A stretch of DNA of 64,000 nucleotides. Source: Candidatus Thorarchaeota archaeon (lineage in GTDB: Archaea; Asgardarchaeota; Thorarchaeia; Thorarchaeales; Thorarchaeaceae). Positions within the stretch are counted from its first letter, which is position 1. Each line of letters starts with the position of its first letter. The stretch lies in the NCBI GenBank assembly GCA_029855935.1, contig JAGSHN010000017.1:8812-72811 (forward strand). Direction: 5' to 3'. The translations under genes and the position numbers were made by a program. Below are positions 26,970 through 37,460 of the stretch, one piece after another. The notes under the pieces are model-generated. The model did no database searches and was not told where the DNA came from. It was given only the letters and a program-made list of their open reading frames with translations.

Positions 26970-27610
26970 CCCGTACGGCTGCATAGTAGCCTCGCACAGA
27001 GCGGCGTGACCCCGCGACCCCAGCTGAGAAAAACAAGACAACGCACGCCACTGTGAAAAAGGCGAGGCTCACAGGTCGAGCGCTGAGAAGTCCAGTGCGC
27101 TGTTGACGGCCTGCTCAATCCTCTCGATGTTCCTTCTGTCCTTGGGGTGCACAGAGCCGATGAGCCCATCGACATCGAGAATCGGCCCGAGCAAGACCAC
27201 GTCGTCACAGTGCTATCCGAGAGAATCTCGCTCATCCTCGCTCGGTCAACTGAGATGTTCACGGACATGGTCGTGGAGAAACTTGGCGGAAGGAGCGCCC
27301 TCGATGCCATTGAAACTCTCAACTACGACGAGATGGATGCTCTTGTCCACAAGGCGTTCCCATTTCTGAGAGCAAGAACGTGACCACAGCACCGGAAGGC
27401 ATTCACACTCCAGAATCACTGCCCTTCTCTTCCATAGCGATTTGGGCTATGGTCAATCGCGATCCCTACCGTGGTTCAGGCGCTTCAGACGATACAGAGT
27501 CGGCCAGTCTTCGAACGGCAAATCGACAGAAAGAAAAGCTGAGTTCTCTCTATTCACGCCAACAGACGAGAAGAGCCACAGAGAAAGAACAGGAGAATGA
27601 GTAGGTCCCA

Positions 27611-30220
27611 ATGGTCAAGAAACTAACGCCGATGCAGAGGCAGTATCTTGAGCTCAAGCGCCAGTATCCTGACAGCATACTGATGTTCAGGCTTGGGGAC
27701 TTCTATGAGATGTTCAATGAGGATGCCAAGATAGCAAGCAAGATACTGAACATTGTGCTGACCGCCCGTGGGGAGGGCGTGGAGAGATGGCCGATGTGCG
27801 GCGTCCCCTATCACTCAGTCGACACATATGTTGCAAAGCTGATACGTGCGGGCTACACTGTAGCCATTGCGGACCAGGTCGAGGACGCCTCCCAGGCAAG
27901 GGGGCTGGTCAGAAGAGAGATCGTCCGGCTGGTCACACCGGGGACCGTGCTGGAGTCGTCGATGCTTGAGGACTCTACCAACAACTATCTCGTTGCCATA
28001 GTCGCGCACGAGAGACGGGTTGGTGTGGCCGCAGTCGACGTGTCCACTGGTGAGTTCATTGCCACGGAGTTCGAGGGCGACCTTGAGGGAGAGAGGCTCT
28101 TCAACGAACTCAGCAGGTTGAGCCCAGCCGAGGTGCTTGTCCCAAGCAGCGAGACCAAACGGGCGCCTCTGATCAAGTTTCTTGAGGAGATAGGAGCCCG
28201 TGTAACAGCTAGGAACGACTACGAGTTCTCCGCCCGTTCGGCCGAACAGAGGCTCAAGGACCACTTTGGCGTGGCCACACTGGACGGGTTCGGTGTGAGC
28301 GACTGGCCAGCAGCACTGGGCGCAGCGGGAGCCATCCTCGCATACGTGCAGGAGGTCCACAAGACAGGCCCGGTCACACTGAGCGGCCTGCGGACCTATT
28401 CGATTGAGCGTCATATAGTTCTAGATGCCACGACACAGCGCAATCTTGAGCTCCTCAGAAATGCGAGGGACGGTAGCACAAGGGGTACCCTGCTGAGCGT
28501 GTTGAACAGAACTGTCACGCCAATGGGCAAGAGACTGCTCAAGCGGTGGATTCTACAACCACTGTTGGACATTGACGAGATCAACAAGCGGCTGGACGCG
28601 GTCGAGGACCTTGCGAGGTCGGCTGTTCTAAGACGCAACGTGATGGACACACTCCGACCTCTGGGGGACCTTGAACGTGTCACGAGCAGGATACTCTTTG
28701 GCACGACAAATGCCAGAGAGCTTGCAGCCCTCCGAGATGCCCTCAAGCGTCTTCCTCCGATACGCGATGCTCTAGCTGGCTGCAAATCGGGCTTGCTGCG
28801 CGAGGCCGCAGAGACGATAGACCCTCTTGAGAAACTATACGACACCTTGAAGCGAGCCGTTGTGGATGACCCCCCCGCCACCGTCCGAGAGGGTGGGATG
28901 ATCAGGGAGGGCTTCTCCCAAGAGCTAGATGAGCTGAAGAAGACAATAGCTGATGACAAGAAGTGGATAGCGTCGCTTCAGGCAAGAGAACGGGCCCGAA
29001 CCGGTATCAAGTCGCTCAAGGTCGGCTACAACAAGGTCTTCGGATACTACATCGAGGTGACGAAGGCCAACCTGCATATGGTCCCGGACGACTACGAACG
29101 CAAGCAGACGCTCGCAAATGTGGAGAGATTCATCACTCCAGAGCTCAAGAGACGAGAGGAGGCTGTTCTGGCGGGAGAGGAGCGTATCAACAGGCTTGAG
29201 TACGAGATCTTCGAGCAGCTGCGCTCAAGGGTCAGAGAGAATGCACAGGCACTTCGAAACGATGCTGCTGCAGTGGCCCTCGTCGATGTCATCGCCTCTC
29301 TGGCAGACGTTGCCGTTTCGCGCAAGTACGTCCGCCCGAACGTTACGGAGGGCACTGCAATCCGCATCGTCGATGGCCGTCATCCGGCGCTTGAGATGAT
29401 ACTCGGCCCCAATGAGTTCGTTCCAAACAGCCTGGAGATAGGCGACGGCGGCATCACTCTCCTGATAGTGACTGGCCCGAACATGGCAGGAAAGAGCACC
29501 TACATGCGTCAAGCGGCTCTCATCGTCATCATGGCTCAGATGGGGTCATTCGTCCCAGCCAAGTCAGCCGAGATAGGTCTGGTGGACCGTATCTTCACGA
29601 GAGTCGGCGCATTTGATGATCTGACGGCAAGGCAGAGCACGTTCATGGTCGAGATGATCGAGACGGCCAACATCCTCAACAGTGCCACAAGGCGGAGCCT
29701 TGTCATCCTTGATGAGATAGGGAGGGGGACGTCGACATTCGATGGGATGGCGTTGGCCTGGGCCGTTGCTGAGCGGATCGTACAGATGAAGACGAGGACG
29801 CTGTTCGCAACACACTTCCATCAGCTGACCGAGATGGCCCGACTGTATCACGGCGTGAAGAATGTCCACACTCTCGCAAGAGAAACTGGCAACACCATCG
29901 TCTTCCTGCACAAGGTCGTCGAGGGAGGAACTGACAAGAGCTACGGCATCCACGTCGCAGCCCTCGCTGGTGTCCCGGAGCCAGTGGTGCAGAGAGCTCG
30001 CGAGATACTGTCGCGTATCGAGAGGGAGAATGTTGTCGATCTGGGCTCCGCTGCAGGTTCCGACGGGCAGGAGCTGCAGCAGACGACCCTAGAGGCGCTG
30101 GTCATAGATGACCCCATAGTAGAACGGATCCGCCACTTGGACCTCGACAGGACCACGCCGATTGACGCGCTGCTAACACTGAAGGAGCTACAAGACGAGA
30201 TACGCTCTCGCGAGAAATGA
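27611..30220 (+). CDS. mutS: DNA mismatch repair protein MutS (bacterial MutS1 type)
   Basis: N-terminal LTPMQRQYLELKRQYPDSILMFRLGDFYEMFNEDA, Walker A TGPNMAGKSTYMRQ, STFMVEM, and DEIGRGTSTFDGMALAWA. Confidence 0.95.
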   Translation: MVKKLTPMQRQYLELKRQYPDSILMFRLGDFYEMFNEDAKIASKILNIVLTARGEGVERWPMCGVPYHSVDTYVAKLIRAGYTVAIADQVEDASQARGLVRREIVRLVTPGTVLESSMLEDSTNNYLVAIVAHERRVGVAAVDVSTGEFIATEFEGDLEGERLFNELSRLSPAEVLVPSSETKRAPLIKFLEEIGARVTARNDYEFSARSAEQRLKDHFGVATLDGFGVSDWPAALGAAGAILAYVQEVHKTGPVTLSGLRTYSIERHIVLDATTQRNLELLRNARDGSTRGTLLSVLNRTVTPMGKRLLKRWILQPLLDIDEINKRLDAVEDLARSAVLRRNVMDTLRPLGDLERVTSRILFGTTNARELAALRDALKRLPPIRDALAGCKSGLLREAAETIDPLEKLYDTLKRAVVDDPPATVREGGMIREGFSQELDELKKTIADDKKWIASLQARERARTGIKSLKVGYNKVFGYYIEVTKANLHMVPDDYERKQTLANVERFITPELKRREEAVLAGEERINRLEYEIFEQLRSRVRENAQALRNDAAAVALVDVIASLADVAVSRKYVRPNVTEGTAIRIVDGRHPALEMILGPNEFVPNSLEIGDGGITLLIVTGPNMAGKSTYMRQAALIVIMAQMGSFVPAKSAEIGLVDRIFTRVGAFDDLTARQSTFMVEMIETANILNSATRRSLVILDEIGRGTSTFDGMALAWAVAERIVQMKTRTLFATHFHQLTEMARLYHGVKNVHTLARETGNTIVFLHKVVEGGTDKSYGIHVAALAGVPEPVVQRAREILSRIERENVVDLGSAAGSDGQELQQTTLEALVIDDPIVERIRHLDLDRTTPIDALLTLKELQDEIRSREK

Positions 30221-30308
30221 GGGGAGAAGCCGTGCATAGAGCGTCTGGTTGACGGTCCTGCCTAGTCGCGAAACTTCGACGTGACTTTTCACAACGCTTA
30301 ATTGCCGG

Positions 30309-31019
30309 GTGGTAGAGCCGTCAATCAGGACAGCCCCATCGGAGATCCCTTCAGTGAAGCCAATAATCGCCCCGTCGATACTCTCTGCGGACTTTGCGAA
30401 TCTGAGAGAGGATGTCCTAGCCGCTGTGAGGGGTGGCGCTGATGCCCTGCACTGTGACATAATGGACGGCAGCTTTGTGCCCAACATCTCGTTTGGGCCG
30501 ATGATCGTCCGCACGGTGAACGAGATGACGGATGTGATGCTGGACGTCCATCTGATGATTGTCAACCCCGACAAGTATGTGCCGGAGTTTGTCAAGGCTG
30601 GCGCCGACCTGATCTATCCGCACGTGGAGGCACCCTATGACATCTATAGGACTGTACAGCTGATCAGGGACCACGGGATACGAGCTGGCATCACGCTGAA
30701 TCCCGGGACGCCGCTTGAGACCGTCATTCCACTACTCGACCACGTTGACACCGTGCTGATAATGAGCGTGTGTCCGGGATTTGGCGGACAGAAGTTCATC
30801 CCATCCGCGCTACAGCGCATCAGGAGGCTGAGAAGACTGCTCGACGAGGAGAAGCCCAGCGTCACTATTGCAGTCGATGGCGGAGTGTCGCGGGACAATG
30901 TCGCAGAGCTGTACAGAGCAGGGGCGAGACACTTCATCGCGGGGTCATCGGTATTCAAGGCCGAGGACATCGAGGGTGCTGTCCGGGAGCTGAGAACGAT
31001 CGTCGAGGCACTGGAGTGA
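30309..31019 (+). CDS. rpe: Ribulose-phosphate 3-epimerase
   Basis: [17 protein letters not shown]...[18 protein letters not shown] and [11 protein letters not shown] motifs. The true start may be the GTG at 30354. Confidence 0.9.
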   Translation: MVEPSIRTAPSEIPSVKPIIAPSILSADFANLREDVLAAVRGGADALHCDIMDGSFVPNISFGPMIVRTVNEMTDVMLDVHLMIVNPDKYVPEFVKAGADLIYPHVEAPYDIYRTVQLIRDHGIRAGITLNPGTPLETVIPLLDHVDTVLIMSVCPGFGGQKFIPSALQRIRRLRRLLDEEKPSVTIAVDGGVSRDNVAELYRAGARHFIAGSSVFKAEDIEGAVRELRTIVEALE

Positions 31020-31024
31020 TTGAG

Positions 31025-31684
31025 ATGAAGTTCTTCATAGACACAGCCAACGTAGAGGCAATTCGAAGGTTCCACGAGAGAGGAATGGTCGACGGAGTGA
31101 CGACCAACCCCACACTCGTGGCGAGAGAGGGTCGTGACCTCAGACAGATAGTCACGGAGATTGCGTCCTTCGTCAAGGGCCCCATCAGCCTTGAGGTTGT
31201 GAGCGAGGACGCAGACAAGATGGTGAATGATGCCCAAAGGATGAGTGGCTGGATTGACAACGCAGCCATCAAGATACCGATGACTTGGGAGGGACTCAAG
31301 GCGGTGAGAAAACTCGCAGAAGAGGGCATAAAGACCAACGTGACCCTCGTGTTCAGTGCCAACCAGGCGCTTCTGGCCGCAAAGGCAGGAGCGACATTTG
31401 TCTCGCCGTTCATTGGCAGGCTGGACGATGTCGGTCACACCGGAATGCAGCTGATCGCCGATGTGGTGCAGATCTATTCCAACTACGGCTATGACACCGA
31501 GGTCATCGTGGCCAGTGTCCGCCATCCGATTCACGTGTATGAGGCCGCCCTGATTGGTGCTGATATCGCCACGATACCACCCACCGTCATGGAGAAGATG
31601 GTCAACCATCCGCTCACGGACGTGGGCATCAAGAGATTCCTCGACGACTCGAGGAAGGTCCAAGAGACAAAGGACGGACAGTGA
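31025..31684 (+). CDS. tal: Transaldolase / fructose-6-phosphate aldolase family (TalC/MipB type, 219 aa)
   Basis: [16 protein letters not shown]...[23 protein letters not shown], and [32 protein letters not shown]. The start ATG at 31025 is in frame with the longer track ORF. Confidence 0.9.
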   Translation: MKFFIDTANVEAIRRFHERGMVDGVTTNPTLVAREGRDLRQIVTEIASFVKGPISLEVVSEDADKMVNDAQRMSGWIDNAAIKIPMTWEGLKAVRKLAEEGIKTNVTLVFSANQALLAAKAGATFVSPFIGRLDDVGHTGMQLIADVVQIYSNYGYDTEVIVASVRHPIHVYEAALIGADIATIPPTVMEKMVNHPLTDVGIKRFLDDSRKVQETKDGQ

Positions 31685-31730
31685 GAGGGACTCCCTACGT
31701 CCGAGAACGTATTATTAGCGTCCGTATGGC

Positions 31731-33314
31731 ATGTCAGGAGTTGTGGTCCGAATGAGGTTGGAGCCGGACCTTGTGGTCTTCAACGGCCGGATAATCACAA
31801 TGGACCCTGAGAACCCCGAGGCAACGGCGATAGCGGTCAAGAACTACAAGTTCCTCCTGGTGGGCAGTGATACCGACATCCTCGACCTCGTTCAGTCAGC
31901 ACGTAGGGTCATCGACCTGGGCGGCAAGACTGTTGTGCCGGGATTCGTCGACGCCCACGCTCACGTCACCAGTACCGGCATCAGACGCGGATATGTTGAC
32001 CTCAGCGATGCAAAGTCGCTGCAGGAACTCAAAGCGACCCTCAGACAGGCTGCCCAAGAGCGCCCACCGGGGGAGTGGATTCGAGGACACAGGTGGGACG
32101 AGAGCCGATGGCCCGAGAGGAGATATCCGACGGCGAGGGACCTTGATGAGGTCTCCACCGAACATCCAATCGCCATAGAACGCGTGGACCTTCACCTCGC
32201 CTCGATGAACACTCTCGCGATGGAGAAGCTGAAGGTGCCGCTGGACCACGAGGGTACGTTGAAGGACTCCAAGGGACAGCCCATCGGAGTATTCAGGGAC
32301 ATCCCCGACCTGTTTGCCAGGCTCCGCCCGGATCTTGACACAATAAAGGCAGGAGTCGTGGCGGGGAGCAAGCTCGTCAATCAGTACGGCATCACTACCT
32401 GCGTCGACAACATCAGAGCCGAGTATCTACGCGCCATTCTTGAGTGCGAGAGGGAGAAGCGACTCACTGCGAGGTTTATCGTCAACCCCCCGGGCAACCA
32501 GATGAAGCATCTTGTTGCTCTAGGCCTCACCTCAGGGCTGGGCGGACCTATGTTCAGACTGGCTGGCGTGAAGAGCTTTATGGACGGCTCGATTGGCGCC
32601 CGTACCGCCGCACTGAGCGAGCCCTATGCTGATGACCCTGGCAACATAGGTAGACTATTGATCAATGAAAAGGCGATGACGAGGTTTCTCAGAAAGGCGG
32701 TTCGGGGCGGCATCCAGACAGTCACCCACGCAATCGGCGACCGCGCGATTGAGATACTGCTAAGAGCATTCGAGTCTCTGAACGAGCGAGAACTCGCCCT
32801 CGCTCGTAGGCAACGCCATCGCATTGAACACGCTGAGATGATGAGCAGGGAGCAGATACGAAGGGCGGCAGCTCTGGGGCTCATCCTGTCAATGCAGCCA
32901 AACTTTATTGGCGAGTGGCAGACAGAGGGCGGGATGTACGAACAACGCCTCGGTCCCGAGAGAGCCAAGATGATGAACATGTTCAGGGTGGCACTGGACA
33001 ACGGCGCAAGAGTCTGCTTCGGCTCTGACGGCATGCCCTTTGGCCCACTCTACGGCATCTGGTGCGCCACAACCCACAGCAATCCCAATGTGCAGATAAC
33101 CGTCGAAGAGGCCCTCCGTTGCTACACCCTTGAGGGTGCCTACGCGTCGTTCGTAGAGAACATCGTGGGCAGCATCACCGTTGGCAAGCGCGCAGACTTT
33201 GTCGTACTCTCAGAGGACATAACACGCGTGCCCCCTGAGAGGATAAGAGAGGTTCAAGTGGAGAGCACGTTCGTCGGGGGAATCGAGGAGTTCTCTAGGG
33301 CGAGGAACAGGTGA
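31731..33314 (+). CDS. Metal-dependent amidohydrolase (Amidohydro_3/YtcJ-like)
   Basis: GKTVVPGFVDAHAHV, HAIGDRA, HRIEHAEM, and FGSDGMP motifs. An alternative start is at 31752. Confidence 0.8.
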   Translation: MSGVVVRMRLEPDLVVFNGRIITMDPENPEATAIAVKNYKFLLVGSDTDILDLVQSARRVIDLGGKTVVPGFVDAHAHVTSTGIRRGYVDLSDAKSLQELKATLRQAAQERPPGEWIRGHRWDESRWPERRYPTARDLDEVSTEHPIAIERVDLHLASMNTLAMEKLKVPLDHEGTLKDSKGQPIGVFRDIPDLFARLRPDLDTIKAGVVAGSKLVNQYGITTCVDNIRAEYLRAILECEREKRLTARFIVNPPGNQMKHLVALGLTSGLGGPMFRLAGVKSFMDGSIGARTAALSEPYADDPGNIGRLLINEKAMTRFLRKAVRGGIQTVTHAIGDRAIEILLRAFESLNERELALARRQRHRIEHAEMMSREQIRRAAALGLILSMQPNFIGEWQTEGGMYEQRLGPERAKMMNMFRVALDNGARVCFGSDGMPFGPLYGIWCATTHSNPNVQITVEEALRCYTLEGAYASFVENIVGSITVGKRADFVVLSEDITRVPPERIREVQVESTFVGGIEEFSRARNR

Positions 33315-33479
33315 TTATGATTGCGTCTCTTCACACGGAACATAACAGATGTTGGGCCCAGGAGAGCTCGACCCGCACTCTCTGAAAATGCCGTGATATC
33401 CCGGCACCGCACTGCTGTCTGGAAAAGACTCACATAGGACTGCTAGATAGGTGAAACATACGCAGAGAAGGAAGTTCGA

Positions 33480-35426
33480 ATGGAGGAGTACCAATCCATA
33501 ACGAGGTATTACACATTCCTCTCTGATGAGTCTCGTGACTTGGTCGAGAACATCGTGCGAGAGTCCACGAACGTCTCGGACCTGGCCAGCAGGATTACTG
33601 ACTATGTCTGCAAGAACAATGTGCCCAAGGAGCTGGTGATCTTCGCCCTGCGTGTCGGATATCTAGCAAAGAGCCCTACCACATTGCGCAGACTGGCTGA
33701 CCGATACGGGGACTTCCCGGAGATACGTGCTTGGGTTCTATGGGGGCGTAATGTAATGGGCCTCCATCCCAGTACGCAGGATGTCATCGACGCAATGGAC
33801 GCTGTCATTCAGAACCCGTTTGATGAGGCAATCAAGGTCGAGGCGCAAGTGCTCAAGGCAAGCATAGCTCCTAGAGAGGCTGCAGCAAGTGCCCTCGATG
33901 AGGCCTTGAACCTCTGTGAGACTAGTCCACATCTGAGACCGTTCTTGGGAGATATCATATCCCAGCGTGCCTCACTCAGGTACCAATGGGAAGAATATGA
34001 AATGGGGAGGCGTGATGCAGAGACAGCATTAGAAATGGCGGTCAAGAGCGGAGACATCATACTGCAGCTAAGCGCGCTTGTTAGCCTGGGACTCAACCTT
34101 GACGATCCACGACAAGCCGTGGCTGTGTACCTCAGAGTGGCTGACCTCGTGAACATAACAGGAGCGGAGTCTTACAAGAGTACTCTGTACAACAACCTTG
34201 GTTTCAACTACGCCGCTCTCGGAGAGTACGACAATGCGATTCGTTCCTACGAAGCGGCAATAGAGTTCAACAGGGCAATGGGAATGAGGTCCCATACGCC
34301 TCTGATGAATCTCGCAGTTCTCTATGGGGCTGTAGGAGAACCTGAAAAGGCACTGGAGTACGCCGCGGAGGCGGTGAGGGCCATTGGTACAGAAGACGGT
34401 AGCCATCCGGCACCTTACATTGAGATGGCCCGGGCTCTGATTCTCAATGGCCGGGTGGACGAGGCGTTCGACTATCTTGAGAGAGGCGGCCAGTACGCTA
34501 TCAGGATCGACTCAAAGAAGGAGCAGGGAAGATACTACCTTGTCAGGGGGATCCTCGCTCGTGAGACCGGCAACTATTCCGAGGCTATACGCGTCTTCAA
34601 CCGCGGACTTGAGCTGGCGGAGAGCATCGGTAACCTCTATCACATCCTCCAAATCTTGTTTAACCTTGCCGAGGCCGAGCTCGCACAATGTGCAGACAAC
34701 CCCAGCGAGGAGGCAATCCTCAGGTCAGAGGGTGCGCTCTCTCGGATAGAGCAGATTGCTAGAGAGCAGGACCTCCCGGCCCTCCTGATTCAAGTGAACC
34801 TCCTGAGGGCAGAGTTGAGCAGACTGAATGGCAACAGAGAACAGGCAAGGAGCTACCTCACTGATGCACTGGCTCTCTGCAACAGGTACGATGTCGGTGT
34901 CCTCCGTGCAAGGGTCGAGGAGCGGCTCGGGGCTCTCGACATCAGAGAGTCCACGCCCACAATAATAGCTCGCTTCCGGTCCTTTGTCCGTCAGATTGTC
35001 GTACCCTCAGCAAGGCGGAAGAGAATCCATTTCGATGTATATGGCTGTATTGTGATGATGCGTGATACAGGACTTGAAGTGTTCTCAAGCTACGTCGACT
35101 CACGCCTGACCAGCAACCCGACGCTGGTCGCTGGTCTGATCACGGCAGTCTCAGCCTTTGCGCAAGAGCTCAGGCAGGACACAAGTGGCTCGCTGCAGTC
35201 CATCGTCCACGAAGACATCGCCGTGCTTCTCGAACACGGAGACTATGTCACGTGTGCGCTGCTGTGCAGTAGGGATGCCTCAGAGGCCAGAGTCCTCGAG
35301 CGCATCTTTCTGAAGAGATTCGAGAGGACCCACGCGGAGCGTCTGCGCACCTACGCAGACGGCGGCGTGAGCCCAATCGATGCAGGCAAGATGTTCGATG
35401 AGATTGTCGTGCAACGTGCAGGGTAG
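33480..35426 (+). CDS. TPR-repeat protein with additional C-terminal alpha/beta domain
   Basis: Central TPR-like repeats (YNNLGFNYAALGEYDNAIRSYEAAIEFN, EKALEYAAEAVRA, GNYSEAIRVFNRGLELAE, etc.). The roughly 140-aa C-terminal segment IHFDVYGCIVMMRDTGLEVFSSY...LVAGLITAVSAFAQEL... is not TPR. Confidence 0.65.
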   Translation: MEEYQSITRYYTFLSDESRDLVENIVRESTNVSDLASRITDYVCKNNVPKELVIFALRVGYLAKSPTTLRRLADRYGDFPEIRAWVLWGRNVMGLHPSTQDVIDAMDAVIQNPFDEAIKVEAQVLKASIAPREAAASALDEALNLCETSPHLRPFLGDIISQRASLRYQWEEYEMGRRDAETALEMAVKSGDIILQLSALVSLGLNLDDPRQAVAVYLRVADLVNITGAESYKSTLYNNLGFNYAALGEYDNAIRSYEAAIEFNRAMGMRSHTPLMNLAVLYGAVGEPEKALEYAAEAVRAIGTEDGSHPAPYIEMARALILNGRVDEAFDYLERGGQYAIRIDSKKEQGRYYLVRGILARETGNYSEAIRVFNRGLELAESIGNLYHILQILFNLAEAELAQCADNPSEEAILRSEGALSRIEQIAREQDLPALLIQVNLLRAELSRLNGNREQARSYLTDALALCNRYDVGVLRARVEERLGALDIRESTPTIIARFRSFVRQIVVPSARRKRIHFDVYGCIVMMRDTGLEVFSSYVDSRLTSNPTLVAGLITAVSAFAQELRQDTSGSLQSIVHEDIAVLLEHGDYVTCALLCSRDASEARVLERIFLKRFERTHAERLRTYADGGVSPIDAGKMFDEIVVQRAG

Positions 35427-35595
35427 GACCGACACGTGTGCAGTGGCATCTACCCTGCAGACAGTCAGCATCCCTGTGTGCTGGCCGGCTTCACCTGATG
35501 CGGAGTGCTTCGTTGAACAGCATCTTTGAGAGCACTTTTTATGGAGGGCCGTGACTCGTGACCAGTGGTACAGACCAGAGGCCCGAGGTGAGAGA

Positions 35596-37398
35596 ATGGG
35601 TCGCGTTGTCAAACTCCCCAGAGATGTCGTGGCACTGATTGCTGCAGGCGAGGTGATTGAGAGACCCGCCTCGGTGGTCAAGGAGTTGATAGAGAACTCG
35701 TTGGACGCAGACGCAACAACTATCGACATAGTCATAGAGAACGGGGGGTTCGACCTCATCTCGGTCTCTGACGACGGTCACGGAATCCTGCGCGAGGACT
35801 GCCCGACGTGCGTGAAGCGTCACTCAACATCAAAGATTCGCACGCGCGAGGACGTAGAGGCAATTCGGACCTACGGCTTCCGCGGTGAGGCGCTGGCCAG
35901 CATAGCCGCGGTGGCCACGCTGCGAATCGTCACACGGGCACGCGAGGAGGACATCGGCACAGAGCTTGTAGTCCTGAGCGGGACTGAACAAGTGATTCGA
36001 CCCGCTTCCCGGGCCGTCGGTACTACCGTCGAGGTCACGGGGCTGTTCGAACGGGTCCCTGCAAGAAGACACAGCCTGATGGGCCCAGTCGCGGAGGCGG
36101 GTAGAGTGACAGATCTCGTCCGGCGATACGCCGCCGCACGGCCTGACGTTGGTCTTAGGCTCACACGTGACGGCGAAACCCTGATGGACTGTCCAGCGGG
36201 TCAGAAACTGAGCGAGCGCATCGTATATCTATGGGGCCACACGACAGCTGCTGCTCTTGCGCCTGTCAATCATTCGGTTGACAATATCCGGGTGACTGGC
36301 TATGTTGTCAGGCCGCCACTCTCACGTGGTAACCGGTCCCGCGAGTACGTCTCTGTCCGGGGCAGACCGATAGAGGATCTCCGGCTGAGCCGTGCCGCAG
36401 AGGCGGCATATGCCACGCTCCTGATGAGGGGGAGGTACCCGGCCTTTGTGATCGACATTCAACTACCTCCGGAGGACGTCGATGTTAATGTACATCCGTC
36501 AAAGAGAGAGGTCCTATTCGCTAACGTTGGTAGGGTCGTCGAGGCTGTGCATCACGCCATCAGACGAGCGCTGGCCGAGGAACCAGATGCCGGCCATAAG
36601 GAGGACCTGAGCGGGTATGTCACCTCGGCCCCGCCTGAGGTGCAGCATGACACTCCGATGGCAATATCGGCAGGAGAGGCAGAGGCTGAACCTGAGAGAT
36701 CTGATACAGGACGAACAGGTCGGCTCGCCGATACCAGGACCTTTCCGACGACCATCGTGTCAGAGAGCTTGGAGGACCCCGAACAGCACGGCCCGGAGGT
36801 GATTGACGGGCTCTTTGAGGGCGGTCTGAGAATCGTCGGACAGATACATGGTCTGTACATCCTGCTTGAAGCCTCTGACGGACTCGTGATAGTCGACCAG
36901 CACGCCGCCCACGAGCGAGTCGTCTACGAGAGGCTGAGGCGAGAGGTGAACGAGGGCAACGTTGCCGTTCAGGAGCTCCTTGAGCCTGTTGTCCTGCAGC
37001 TGAGCCCCGATGAGATAGAACAGATACAGTCCGTGTCGGATGTCCTGCACCAACTCGGTTTCGATGTAGAGAGATTCGGGGAACGCGAGGTCATTGTGAG
37101 AACGCTTCCAGAGATCCTCGGAAAACATGCCTCTGAGACTGACCTCGTATCGCTCGTTGATGAGATTCTTGAGGTCGGAAAGTCCACGCCCGTAGAGCAC
37201 TTTATGGACGAGGTTGTCAAAGTGACGGCGTGCCACAGCGCAATTAGAGCAGGGAGAACGCTCAATCACAATGAGATTGCAAGGTTGCTTGAGGAGATGG
37301 CGAAGACACCAGACTGGGACCTCTGTCCGCACGGACGACCGACCGTCATACGTGTGACAGGCAGCGAACTCGAACGACGCTTTGGCCGTACTGGCTAA
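35596..37398 (+). CDS. mutL: DNA mismatch repair protein MutL
   Basis: The ATG at 35596 gives MGRVVKLPRDVVALIAAGEVIERPASVVKELIENSLDA (GHKL ATPase motif I), then DDGHGI and FRGEALASI. The C-terminal dimerisation region has QHAAHERVVYE. Confidence 0.9.
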   Translation: MGRVVKLPRDVVALIAAGEVIERPASVVKELIENSLDADATTIDIVIENGGFDLISVSDDGHGILREDCPTCVKRHSTSKIRTREDVEAIRTYGFRGEALASIAAVATLRIVTRAREEDIGTELVVLSGTEQVIRPASRAVGTTVEVTGLFERVPARRHSLMGPVAEAGRVTDLVRRYAAARPDVGLRLTRDGETLMDCPAGQKLSERIVYLWGHTTAAALAPVNHSVDNIRVTGYVVRPPLSRGNRSREYVSVRGRPIEDLRLSRAAEAAYATLLMRGRYPAFVIDIQLPPEDVDVNVHPSKREVLFANVGRVVEAVHHAIRRALAEEPDAGHKEDLSGYVTSAPPEVQHDTPMAISAGEAEAEPERSDTGRTGRLADTRTFPTTIVSESLEDPEQHGPEVIDGLFEGGLRIVGQIHGLYILLEASDGLVIVDQHAAHERVVYERLRREVNEGNVAVQELLEPVVLQLSPDEIEQIQSVSDVLHQLGFDVERFGEREVIVRTLPEILGKHASETDLVSLVDEILEVGKSTPVEHFMDEVVKVTACHSAIRAGRTLNHNEIARLLEEMAKTPDWDLCPHGRPTVIRVTGSELERRFGRTG

Positions 37399-37460
37399 CC
37401 CACATGGCAATCAGGAATCAGTATGTCACAATCGACTACCGCAGCGGAGTCCGTGGGGGC

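Noticed and set aside
26970-27610. Competing small ORFs: 27147-27383 (+, 78 aa), 26891-27322 (-, 143 aa), 27380-27604 (+, 74 aa), and a 43-codon minus-strand GTG ORF ending at 27069 (MVLLGPILDVDGLIGSVHPKDRRNIERIEQAVNSALDFSALDL)
   Set aside because: None has a recognisable motif. They overlap one another on opposite strands, and the most protein-like pieces lie in different frames. The region could be a decayed gene or mutS upstream DNA, and I cannot support a call.
30644-31663. 339-aa minus-strand ORF
   Set aside because: It is antisense to rpe and the transaldolase gene, both of which have unmistakable motifs. No motif of its own; a shadow ORF.
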